Part shown: positions 48,396-57,234 of the stretch, piece after piece
How the letters are laid out: every line of letters begins with the position of its first letter
Numbering within the stretch: position 1 is the stretch's first letter
NCBI GenBank assembly: GCA_965223795.1
Contig: CBDCXL010000002.1
Coordinates: 2,848,001-2,912,000, forward strand
Source of the DNA: Nitrospinales bacterium
GTDB lineage: Bacteria; Nitrospinota; Nitrospinia; Nitrospinales; VA-1
Reading direction: 5' to 3'
DNA length: 64,000 bases
The notes under the pieces: generated by a model
Seen by the model: only the letters and a program-made list of their open reading frames with translations
Databases searched by the model: none
Told to the model about the DNA's origin: nothing
Made by a program: the position numbers and the translations under genes

Positions 48396-48842
48396 ATGGA
48401 TAAAGATCAGGTGCTGGCGGACATCGACCGGGTGTTCGGGGATCTGCCCCGGCCCGAGCCGCTGTGCCGCAACCCCAATCATTGCTGCGAGTGCGCCGAG
48501 CACGAAGAGGTGCTGCAGTCGGTGACGCCGCAGACGATCGGACTCGAACAGGTCGGCAGCCCGGCCTGGGACCCGATCTGCTATGTCTCCGACGCGGGGT
48601 TCCGTTATTTCATGCCGGGGCTGTCTCGGCTGGCGCTCGGCTCCGGCGACGCGTATTATCTGGATCAGTTTCTGTTCCACCTCGACTCCGGCCGTGTGGA
48701 TATCCTGAACGAGGAGGAAAAAAAGGCGGTCGCACAGCTTTTGGACCATGTGCTGGAGGCGATGTGCGATGAAGTGGATCGCAATATGAATCTCAACGAT
48801 CTGGGGCGTGTGATCGACAAGCTGGCGGGAACGTGGGCCTGA
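48396..48842 (+). CDS. Hypothetical protein with HCCECAEH motif
   Basis: AAGGAG SD before ATG 48396; FRYFMPGL; normal codon usage. Confidence 0.7.
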   Translation: MDKDQVLADIDRVFGDLPRPEPLCRNPNHCCECAEHEEVLQSVTPQTIGLEQVGSPAWDPICYVSDAGFRYFMPGLSRLALGSGDAYYLDQFLFHLDSGRVDILNEEEKKAVAQLLDHVLEAMCDEVDRNMNLNDLGRVIDKLAGTWA

Positions 48843-48966
48843 TCGTCCCGATTTGCGGCCGGGTGGCTTCGCTCCGGTGTTTTTATTATAATGCGGCGGT
48901 TTTTACGGACCGGGGTCCTGCCTTTGCGCTCATGGTCCACGACGATGCCAACCCGCTGCCGGCCTG

Positions 48967-50535
48967 TTGAGCGTGCCTTTCCCACCGAATCCCGAATCTC
49001 AGCCGCACGATTCCGCAGCTTCGTCCGCAGGATGGCCGCGCCGGCTTTTGATGCTGGCTGCGGCGGCCAGCGCGATCAACCTGATCGGTCTCTGGATCTG
49101 GTTTCACCCGCAGTCGATCTCCCTCGGCGCCACCGGCGGCGTGTGGACGGCGCTGGCCTACGATTATTCCCAGGGCATCCTGTACCGCCCGCTGTTCGAT
49201 GCGGCGGGATACGGCGGCACGCGCTACCTGTTTCTGTTTTTCATGCTGCACGGGTTCTTGATCCGCGTGTTCCACGACCCGGTGCTCACGGGTTTTGCGC
49301 TGGTTTCCGTGTTCGCGGTTTCCTGGAATCTCGGCCTGTACTTTCTGCAGCGCCTGCCGGGCGTTGCGTGGCGAACCGCGATGGCGTTTTCCCTGATTGC
49401 GGCGGCGCCCATTTCGTACCAGGTGTTGACGCTGGAAATCATGGGCGAGTTCCTTGCCGGTGCGCTCGGTGTCTGGGGGCTTTATTTCGGCTGGCTGTAC
49501 CTCCACCGGGGCGGCCGCGCGCTTTGGATCGCAGGCTGTGTCTGTTTCGCGGGCGCGTTTTTGACCAAGTTCAGCGCGGTGGCGGCGCTTTTGGCGCTCT
49601 GCCTGTTTTTCGTCAAGCGCCGGCCGGGAGCGGTGCTGCGTCTTTTGGCGGGAACGGCGGCGCTGGTCCTGCTGGCTTTGTGGTGGGCGCAGGCGGCGAG
49701 CGCGGGCCGGATGCTCGAATCGTTCGAGGTGTTCGCGGCCGTTCCCATGCAGTGGGACTACGCCGTGAAGTTTCCGCTGTGGTTCGGCTGGATTTTATTG
49801 CGCGATCCTTTTCTGCTGGCGCTGTTCGGCGGCGCGCTTTTTTTCGTGGTGCGCGGCGGAAGGGCGGGGCTGGGTGATTTTCCCACGGTTTATTTTTGCG
49901 TCGTGCTGCTCGTCACCTGCGTCATCCTGACGTCCCCCGGAACCGACTACAATCATCTTCTGGACCTGATCGGCGCGAGCGTCTGGGTTCTGGCAATGCG
50001 GTTTGAGCGGGCGGAACTCCGCTCACGTCTTTGGATTCCGCTTCTGGGATTCGTTTTCGGAGGGCTGCTGTTCACCTGGATTCCCGGCACGATTTCCGTG
50101 AAGCAGGTGGTGGAGGCGAGGGGCAATCCCCCGCGCGCTGAGATCATGCAGAAGATCGAGGCGCTCAGGCTCAGGCAGGCGCCGGTGCTGAGCGAAAACC
50201 CGCTGATCCCCATTCTGATGGATCGGCGGCCGCGGGTGATGGACCCGTTTTCCGTCCGGCTTCTGGCGCAGGTGCTTCCCGAAGTGCGCGAGGATTTCAC
50301 GAAAAAGATCCGGGAACGTCACTACGGCGCGATTGTGCTGCAGGATTTTTCCGGCGCGCCGGATGACGCGATGATGCAGGCCCTGGAAGATCACAGCTCG
50401 CCGGGGGCGGCGCGTTTTTACGGCGATGTGCATTTCCCGGCCGGGTTTCTTGAACTGCTGCAGGAAAACTACACGCTGGGCGCGGTTCTCAAGCCGCATC
50501 TGTTCTTTTTCCCGAAAGATAGGAAAGTCGGTTGA
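48967..50535 (+). CDS. Multi-pass membrane protein, probable GT-C glycosyltransferase
   Basis: About 10 TMs, periplasmic loop GILYRPLFD..GYGGTRY, TKFS, soluble C-terminal domain (VLSENPLIP). Confidence 0.55.
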   Translation: MSVPFPPNPESQPHDSAASSAGWPRRLLMLAAAASAINLIGLWIWFHPQSISLGATGGVWTALAYDYSQGILYRPLFDAAGYGGTRYLFLFFMLHGFLIRVFHDPVLTGFALVSVFAVSWNLGLYFLQRLPGVAWRTAMAFSLIAAAPISYQVLTLEIMGEFLAGALGVWGLYFGWLYLHRGGRALWIAGCVCFAGAFLTKFSAVAALLALCLFFVKRRPGAVLRLLAGTAALVLLALWWAQAASAGRMLESFEVFAAVPMQWDYAVKFPLWFGWILLRDPFLLALFGGALFFVVRGGRAGLGDFPTVYFCVVLLVTCVILTSPGTDYNHLLDLIGASVWVLAMRFERAELRSRLWIPLLGFVFGGLLFTWIPGTISVKQVVEARGNPPRAEIMQKIEALRLRQAPVLSENPLIPILMDRRPRVMDPFSVRLLAQVLPEVREDFTKKIRERHYGAIVLQDFSGAPDDAMMQALEDHSSPGAARFYGDVHFPAGFLELLQENYTLGAVLKPHLFFFPKDRKVG

Positions 50536-50554
50536 GCGGGGACCTGGAGGCGGG

Positions 50555-51832
50555 TCAGGAAACCTTTTCCACTTCGCGTTCCATTTCGCGCGGCGTGCGC
50601 TCCCAGCGGATCGGCGGTTCCTTTTTACTGGATTTCAACGGGGTGAGTTTTTTTCTCAGACCGGTGTAAACGTCGCGCAGGGCGTCGAATGCGGTGTACA
50701 GGGCGTCGCTGAAACGGGTGAGCCAGGTGAAGGAGTTTTCCTTCACGGTTTTCCAGACCATGAAGTACGTCAGGAAAAACAGCGCCACATTGGGCATCCA
50801 CATGGCGAGGCTGGGGTTCACCAGGTTGTGCTTGCCCACGTTCTGCGAAAAGATCATGCCGATGTAATACACGCCCAGGACCAGGGCGCTGACGATGATC
50901 CCTCCGGACCGTCCCGAGCGGCTGGACTTGATCCCCAGCGTCGCGCCGGCAATCCCGAACAGCAGGCAGGAAAAGGGGATGGCGAATTTCTTGCTGACCT
51001 GCACTTCCTCGCGCGCGGTTTCCTGCCCCTGGGCTCTTTTTTTCTGGATGATTTCCTTCAACTCGCCGTAGGAGATGTCGCGGTTGCGTTCCACCAGCTT
51101 GCTCAACAGATTCTGGTTGTCGGGCAGCTTGAGCAGCCGTTCGTAGCGGTCGAAGTTGAGGATGTTGTAGTTGCGTCCTTCCTTGGTCATGTCGTGGATC
51201 GTGCCGTTCTGAAACTGCAGGGTGATCTGGTAGGTTTCCGGGTCGGACACGATGACCCCCTGTTTTGCGAGGATGATCTTGTTGGCGCCTTGTTCGGACT
51301 GGTCGGCCACGAAGATGTCCTTGAGCAGGGTTTCGCCGTCTTTACTCTGGGCGTACAGGACCAGGTCCTTGAAATCGGAGTTGAAGATCTTCGGCTGAAT
51401 GTTGATGTGGGCCCGGTTCTTCACGATGTCGAACAGCGTTTTCTTGAACTCCTGATTGCCCCAGGGGATGGCGAAGAACACCACCACGTTGGTGAGGATG
51501 TAAGCGGCGATGGAGAACGCCATGATGGGCCTGGCGAGGAAGGTGAAACTCCATCCGCTGGTTTTCATGGCCACGAATTCATTGTCGCCGGAAAACTGGT
51601 TGAAGGTCGAAACCGTGGCGATCAACAGGCTCAGGGGGATGCTGAGCAGCAGAAAGATCGGCGAGGTGTAGACCATCAGCCGCAGGCCCTCGATGAAGGT
51701 GACGCCCCGGTTGGCGATCATTTCCGTCATGTACAGGGTCTGTTCGAGGAGCAGGATCAGCGTGAGGAAGGAAACGCTGATGACGAAGATCTTGAGGATC
51801 TCCATGAAAATGTATTTGTGGATGATTTTCAT
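50555..51832 (-). CDS. lptF: LptF/LptG family permease, no partner adjacent
   Basis: IIHKYIF.EI, SIPLSLL, FSGDNEF.AMKTSG.S, IILAKQG, KFAIPFSC, MWMPN. Confidence 0.8.
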   Translation of the reverse strand: MKIIHKYIFMEILKIFVISVSFLTLILLLEQTLYMTEMIANRGVTFIEGLRLMVYTSPIFLLLSIPLSLLIATVSTFNQFSGDNEFVAMKTSGWSFTFLARPIMAFSIAAYILTNVVVFFAIPWGNQEFKKTLFDIVKNRAHINIQPKIFNSDFKDLVLYAQSKDGETLLKDIFVADQSEQGANKIILAKQGVIVSDPETYQITLQFQNGTIHDMTKEGRNYNILNFDRYERLLKLPDNQNLLSKLVERNRDISYGELKEIIQKKRAQGQETAREEVQVSKKFAIPFSCLLFGIAGATLGIKSSRSGRSGGIIVSALVLGVYYIGMIFSQNVGKHNLVNPSLAMWMPNVALFFLTYFMVWKTVKENSFTWLTRFSDALYTAFDALRDVYTGLRKKLTPLKSSKKEPPIRWERTPREMEREVEKVS

Positions 51833-52305
51833 GAAACCTTCGAGTTGCCGCACGCCGCGGCCGCCGGATGCAAACGCATTGAGCGGAAGATGCGCCGGTG
51901 CCTCAAAACACCGTTTCCGGGATGAAACCGCCACGATTCCGGAAGTTGCGCCGGATCGCTGATCCGGCCGGTCCCGGCAACCGGAAACGCTTGCTGTGCC
52001 ACGATTCTCTTTGGGCCGCGTCCCACAAGGAGGCGAGCGGCTTGCATATCAATGCTATTTTACTCTATTCCCCGGTAAAAAATGAACGGCAATTGCGGAA
52101 AGCGCGCAAGAAACTTTGTTTATCCGCAACCGGAGACTCGAACAGAGCTGCCGGTTGCGGGCGGCGGAAGCCTCCCCGGCAAGGTTTTGCGCGCGGGCTG
52201 TGATTCTTCTTTCCGAACACGGATTTTTTGAGTATGCTTTGCGCAACGCAATCCCCCGAAGGGGCCAGCGCCTGGGCTGAAACGTCATTCACGAGAGGAG
52301 TCAAC

Positions 52306-53136
52306 ATGCTTGAATCACCAGACATCGGCAATCTGTTTACCAAGTACGTCATTCCCTGGGCCATCAATATTTCTCTGGCGGCGCTCGTTTATGTCGTCGG
52401 GCGCTGGATATCTAGGCTGGTGGTCAACATCGCGGAGAAACTGCTCAAGCGTGCCAAAACGGATCCGATCCTGGTGAATTTTCTGCGTTCCATTCTGAAC
52501 GCGTTGCTGCTTCTCGTTGTCGTCATCGCCGCGCTCGATCAGCTCGGTGTGGACACGACCTCGCTGATCGCGGTTCTCGGTGCGGCGGGCCTGGCGGTCG
52601 GTCTGGCTCTCAAGGATTCGCTGCAGAATTTCGCTTCGGGAGTCATGATGATCATCTTCCGGCCGTTCAAGGCGGGGGATTACATCGAAGCGGGCGGGAC
52701 CGCGGGAACGGTGGAGAACATCACCATCTTCAATACGATTTTCAAGACGCCGGACAACTGCGAAGTGATCGTTCCCAACAGCGCCATATACAGCGGCAAC
52801 ATCAAAAATTATTCAGCCAAGAAAATCCGCCGCGTCGACATGGTGTTCGGCATCGGTTACAACGACGACATCCGCGAGGCGCGCGAGATCATCCAGTCGG
52901 TGCTGGAATCGGACGACCGGATCCTCGAGGACCCGGAGCCGCTGATCGCCGTGGGCGAGCTTGCGGACAGCAGCGTGAACTTCAACGTCCGGCCCTGGGT
53001 GGAAAGCGGCGATTACTGGCCTGTGAAATTCGATCTGACCGAACGCATCAAACTGGCGTTCGACGAGAGCGGCATCTCCATTCCCTTCCCGCAGCGGGAC
53101 GTGCACCTGGTTAAAGAGGAAGATGAGATGGACTGA
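52306..53136 (+). CDS. mscS: Small-conductance mechanosensitive channel
   Basis: GAAGLAVGLALKDSLQNFASG, FRPFKAGD, IVPNS, RRVD, ISIPFPQRDVH. Confidence 0.93.
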   Translation: MLESPDIGNLFTKYVIPWAINISLAALVYVVGRWISRLVVNIAEKLLKRAKTDPILVNFLRSILNALLLLVVVIAALDQLGVDTTSLIAVLGAAGLAVGLALKDSLQNFASGVMMIIFRPFKAGDYIEAGGTAGTVENITIFNTIFKTPDNCEVIVPNSAIYSGNIKNYSAKKIRRVDMVFGIGYNDDIREAREIIQSVLESDDRILEDPEPLIAVGELADSSVNFNVRPWVESGDYWPVKFDLTERIKLAFDESGISIPFPQRDVHLVKEEDEMD

Positions 53137-53187
53137 GTGCACCTGCGTCGTTGCATTCATGCTTCGATTCCCGTTTTTCCTGAGTGG

Positions 53188-53220
53188 GGCCGCCGCAGCG
53201 GTGCGTTGCGGCGGCCTTCT
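53188..53220 (+). terminator. Putative hairpin terminator after mscS
   Basis: GGCCGCCGCAGCG-GTG-CGTTGCGGCGGCC 13-bp stem with a weak U tail. Confidence 0.4.
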
Positions 53221-53408
53221 AAAGGTTCTGAAATTTCGCCTGCCAGCCAGCGCCGGAGGCAATGCGCCCGCATATGTGGTCACCAAATCACAAACGGTTA
53301 TAAAAAAGCAGACTGCCTGATACCCCGGTCCCACGGCGCCGGACGGACCTCCGGAGTAATTTCCCCGAATACAATCCTTCTTCCCGATTCAAAAAATACC
53401 CTTGGCAT

Positions 53409-53424
53409 TGGCAAGGTAATTGCT
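53409..53424 (+). promoter_or_regulatory. Putative sigma54 -24/-12 promoter
   Basis: TGGCAAGGTAATTGCT matches TGGCAC-N5-TTGCW with GG-N10-GC spacing, about 105 nt upstream of the 53530 start. Confidence 0.6.
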
Positions 53425-53529
53425 TCTTGCCTGTATGTCTGGATCACCATCCGCTCATTTTCCTGATTCCGCAACAGAACGTGGTCCGAAGCCACTCACC
53501 CTTTATCAAAGCAGGGGAAGGAGGACGTT

Positions 53530-55023
53530 GTGACAGTCAATGATTCTTGGGTCATCATTCCCGGCCAGCCCTGGCTCTCGATGAGCATCTGGGTTTTTCT
53601 GGTCATGATCGCGTTGTACATGGGCCGCGGTATCGTGCATTCCGCGATTTCCGTGATCCTGCGCATCGTGTACTCCAGCTTCCGCTTTGCGGCCCGCTCT
53701 CTGTCTCTGACCGAGAAAAAACTGGTGGCGCGCAATAAGGAAGTGCTGATGGAGCTGGGCCGTGAGCAGATGGAGCGCCAGCTGGAGCGGGAGTTTTTCC
53801 GTGTCAACGCGGTGGTGGAAAAGGATCTGGGCGGCTATCCCAAGCTGCAGCGGGTGATTTCCGACCAGATCACGCGCATCGAGGAAGATTACAAGCAGAG
53901 CGGCCAAGTGGCTCCGCCGCCGCCGGAATGGATCGAGGCGGTGGAAGCGGTGGCCAAGCTGCATCTGGACGGGAAAGGCAACGGGGTTGCCGTGAAAGTG
54001 CTGAAGAGCATCCATGAGGCTTCCATCCAGCAGCAGAAGGAAGCGCTGGAGGAATACCGCGACACCATGAGCGCCCGCCATAAGCTGCTGCACGGCATGC
54101 TGCCTTACTGGCGCAAACTGACCAACACGATCGACGAGGTGGGGACCACCATGCAGGGGCTGGTGGAACGCGCCAAGGACATCGACGACAAGATGTCGCG
54201 CTACGAGGCGATCCGCCAGGGCACCGACAAGGCCGAGCGGACGCTTAGGGCTTCCTCGATCACGCAGTTTTTCGTTTCGCTGTTCGCGGTGGCGATCGCG
54301 GTGGGCGGCGCCATCATCAATTTCAATCTCATCGCGCTGCCCATGTCCGAGATGGTCGGGGCGGCGAGCCGCATCGGCGCTTACAAGATCTCCGACATCG
54401 CCGCGCTGGTGATCATTTTCGTCGAGATCTCGATGGGGCTGTACCTCATGGAGGCGCTTCGGTTCACGAAACTGTTTCCGATCATCGGCGCGATGAACGA
54501 CCGCATGCGCCGGCGCATGATCTGGATCACGTTCAGCATCCTGTTCACGCTGGCCTGCATGGAGTCTTCGCTGGCGTTCATGCGCGACCAGATCGCCGCC
54601 GACCTGAGCGCCCTGCGCCTGTCTTTGACCGAGGCCAACGGCGCCGCCGTGCAGGCGGAATCGGCCGTGAATTCCTGGATTCCGATGGTGGGGCAGATGA
54701 TCATGGGCTTCGTGCTTCCCTTCGCGCTGACGTTCGTCGCGATTCCGCTGGAGTCGCTGGTGCACGGCGCGCGCACGCTGTTCGGGGAGCTGCTGGTGAT
54801 CCTTGTGCGGTCGCTGGCGTTCGTGCTGCGTCTGATCGGCAACATCGTCCGGCATCTGGAGATGTTCGTGACGCGGGTGTACGACCTGTTCATATTCGTG
54901 CCTCTCTGGGTGGAGGGGCTGCTGCGCGAGCGGGCCTGGAAGAAGCAGCTCGCGGAGGGCAACGGAACGCAATCGACGGCTCCGGTTCCGAAAACGGCCT
55001 GGGCCGAGGAGGTGGCGCAATGA
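53530..55023 (+). CDS. Conserved hypothetical membrane protein with long coiled coil
   Basis: GGAGG SD and GTG start; N-terminal TM, long helical region, multi-TM C-terminal half. Confidence 0.8.
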   Translation: MTVNDSWVIIPGQPWLSMSIWVFLVMIALYMGRGIVHSAISVILRIVYSSFRFAARSLSLTEKKLVARNKEVLMELGREQMERQLEREFFRVNAVVEKDLGGYPKLQRVISDQITRIEEDYKQSGQVAPPPPEWIEAVEAVAKLHLDGKGNGVAVKVLKSIHEASIQQQKEALEEYRDTMSARHKLLHGMLPYWRKLTNTIDEVGTTMQGLVERAKDIDDKMSRYEAIRQGTDKAERTLRASSITQFFVSLFAVAIAVGGAIINFNLIALPMSEMVGAASRIGAYKISDIAALVIIFVEISMGLYLMEALRFTKLFPIIGAMNDRMRRRMIWITFSILFTLACMESSLAFMRDQIAADLSALRLSLTEANGAAVQAESAVNSWIPMVGQMIMGFVLPFALTFVAIPLESLVHGARTLFGELLVILVRSLAFVLRLIGNIVRHLEMFVTRVYDLFIFVPLWVEGLLRERAWKKQLAEGNGTQSTAPVPKTAWAEEVAQ

Positions 55024-55664
55024 GAAAACGACTGGCCTGGGTGGTTTTGACGCTGTCGCTGATGGCCTGCACGGACAGCGTGTCCAATTCCAAGGGGGTC
55101 TATCTGCTGCTGGACACCTCCGGAACTTACACGAACGAGCTCGACAAGGCGCAGCAGATCATCAATTATCTTTTGGGGACGCTCGATCCGGGCGATTCGT
55201 TTGTGGTGGCCCGCATCGACAGCGGCAGCTTCAGTGAAAAGGACATCATCGCCAAGGCCACGTTCGATTCCCGGCCTTCGGTGGCGAACAAGCAGAAGCG
55301 GGCGTTCGCGAAAAACATCGGCCATTTTGTCAAGACCATCAAGGCCAGCGCGTACACCGACATCTCCGGCGGTCTGCTGCAGGCGGTGGAATTCATGAAC
55401 GAGGCGGGGGTGGGCAAAAAATACGCCTTTATTTTCTCCGATCTGAAAGAAGAACTGCCGGAAGGCTTCAAGCGGGATTTCGCGCTGACGCTGGACGGGT
55501 TTTCCGTCGTGGCGCTGAACGTCACCAAATTGCGCAGCGACAACGTCAATCCGCAGGAATACCTGGACCGGCTGGAGCAGTGGAAGCACAGGGTGGAACG
55601 GGGCGGCGGCCAGTGGCGGGTCATCAACGACCTGGACCGGGAGGACCTGCTCACCGAAAGCTGA
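55020..55664 (+). CDS. vWA-domain lipoprotein
   Basis: Lipobox LMAC; MIDAS DTSGT, TDI, IFSD; ATGA-coupled. Confidence 0.8.
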   Translation: MRKRLAWVVLTLSLMACTDSVSNSKGVYLLLDTSGTYTNELDKAQQIINYLLGTLDPGDSFVVARIDSGSFSEKDIIAKATFDSRPSVANKQKRAFAKNIGHFVKTIKASAYTDISGGLLQAVEFMNEAGVGKKYAFIFSDLKEELPEGFKRDFALTLDGFSVVALNVTKLRSDNVNPQEYLDRLEQWKHRVERGGGQWRVINDLDREDLLTES

Positions 55665-55729
55665 GATTATTGGGCGGAGACAATCTGTGAACTGCAAGAA
55701 CTATTTTTTATCGGAAAGCGAGACACAAT

Positions 55730-56107
55730 ATGGGCGGAAAAAAAACCGATCTGCGCGAACTGGAATCGGCGAAATACAACCTGATGGGAGCGCAGCTCAT
55801 CCGCGCGAACCTGGACGGCGGCAATTTCTCCAAGGCCAACTTTAAAAACGCATACCTCACCGGCGCTTCCATGCAGCGGGCCAATCTGATCCGGGCGAAC
55901 CTGATGGGCGCGGACCTGTCGCAGGCGAAGCTGACGGGCGCTCATCTTTCGGAGGCCAACCTCAAAGGCGCGGACCTCAACGACACCGAAATGACCGGTG
56001 CGCATCTGATGGGCGCGGACCTGAGCCAGGTGCGCAACCTGACCAAACGGCAGGTCGAGTCCGCCCGCGTGGACAAGAAAACCCGGCTCCCCAGCGGCCT
56101 CAAGTGA
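55730..56107 (+). CDS. Pentapeptide repeat protein
   Basis: A(N/D)LxG pentapeptide repeats throughout. Confidence 0.9.
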   Translation: MGGKKTDLRELESAKYNLMGAQLIRANLDGGNFSKANFKNAYLTGASMQRANLIRANLMGADLSQAKLTGAHLSEANLKGADLNDTEMTGAHLMGADLSQVRNLTKRQVESARVDKKTRLPSGLK

Positions 56108-56191
56108 TGGGAGCCCTGCATTCCTCTCCCACTTTGAACCGGCGGGCCGGGGGGAATTCCTGAAGGCGGGTGAACTGAAAATGGAGAAACC

Positions 56192-57013
56192 ATGAACTGG
56201 TACAGTGCAGGTTTGGCCGGACTCTCCGGGGCCCTGGCGGCGCTGCTGGCGGGGCTTATTGTGAGAAATTCGAAAGAGAACGGGACCGCTTACACCGCAG
56301 TGGCTGTGGCTTTGTTTGTGGCGTTCACCGCACTGTCCAAAACCTTTTTGCTTCCCAAGATCAACGCCTGGCGGTTCGCTGAGGAAATCAACACCGTTCT
56401 TCTGCAAGTGCCGGCGTTTGAGACCATAAAAAAGCACGAACCTGAAACCTACAATAAGCTTGTCGAGGATCTCGGGAATTTGAAAGAAAACGGTTCGAGC
56501 CGTCAGGAAGGCATCGACCGGGTGCGGCAGCAAATATCAAAAGTGGTGATCCGCCGGCTTCCCGCTGCGTCCGATGAGGCAATTCTGGATTATATGCAGG
56601 TGACCCTGGATGAAATGAAGTACCTCAACGATCAGAGCGGTGCGCTCTGCTTTCGATTCCTGTACACCGAAGTGGAAGGCGGCGTGGATGGGAGCAAGGT
56701 TTTTCCCAGGGAAATACAGGAGCGCGATTTTGACGCTTTGAATCGGGTGATCGAAACGTCCGTGGGTTCTGAGTCCATCGTGCCGCAGGAAAGCGATGTT
56801 CTGGCGAATCTGGAAACGGTTTACAGGGAAATCTATCACCGTTATGGAGACGATGCGCGCGAACTGGAGGACCCGGTCAACAGTTCCTTACCGCCTTCCC
56901 GGATTTGTGACATCACCCATAGCCTTTACACACGCGTCATGACCCTCCCTCCCGATGAATCTGCTGATATTTTCAGGTGGATGTTTGCGCAGGCTGCCGG
57001 GACCATGGCTTGA
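56192..57013 (+). CDS. Hypothetical protein with two N-terminal TM helices
   Basis: GGAGA SD, 273-aa ORF, visibly lower GC3 than neighbours; LCFRFLY motif. Confidence 0.7.
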   Translation: MNWYSAGLAGLSGALAALLAGLIVRNSKENGTAYTAVAVALFVAFTALSKTFLLPKINAWRFAEEINTVLLQVPAFETIKKHEPETYNKLVEDLGNLKENGSSRQEGIDRVRQQISKVVIRRLPAASDEAILDYMQVTLDEMKYLNDQSGALCFRFLYTEVEGGVDGSKVFPREIQERDFDALNRVIETSVGSESIVPQESDVLANLETVYREIYHRYGDDARELEDPVNSSLPPSRICDITHSLYTRVMTLPPDESADIFRWMFAQAAGTMA

Positions 57014-57234
57014 GTCTGCCGGTTGCAAATCCGGCGCGGTTCGGGCCGCGGCTGTGCCGGGGAATTTTTGAACAAGTCGGCAATCCAACTTCGCCATACC
57101 CATTTCCCACCTCTCCCAGTGAAATTGTGCGTTTTCCTTTCCGGCAGGGAAAGTGGTATATTATCGATCTTTGATTGAATCTTTGACCACTCTGCATATA
57201 CGGTTTCCGGACTGCTCCATAGACTCGCCTTTTC

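Noticed and set aside
6695..53474. Recurring TTGCGGAA/TTCCGCAA octamer in several intergenic regions (6695, 33723, 45187, 52093, 53467)
   Set aside because: It also occurs inside coding sequence, and enrichment cannot be shown without a count against background. Only the full palindrome at 45187 was kept.
56192..57013. Lower-GC gene as part of a mobile element
   Set aside because: No integrase, transposase, terminal repeats or tRNA target visible; at most a single acquired gene.
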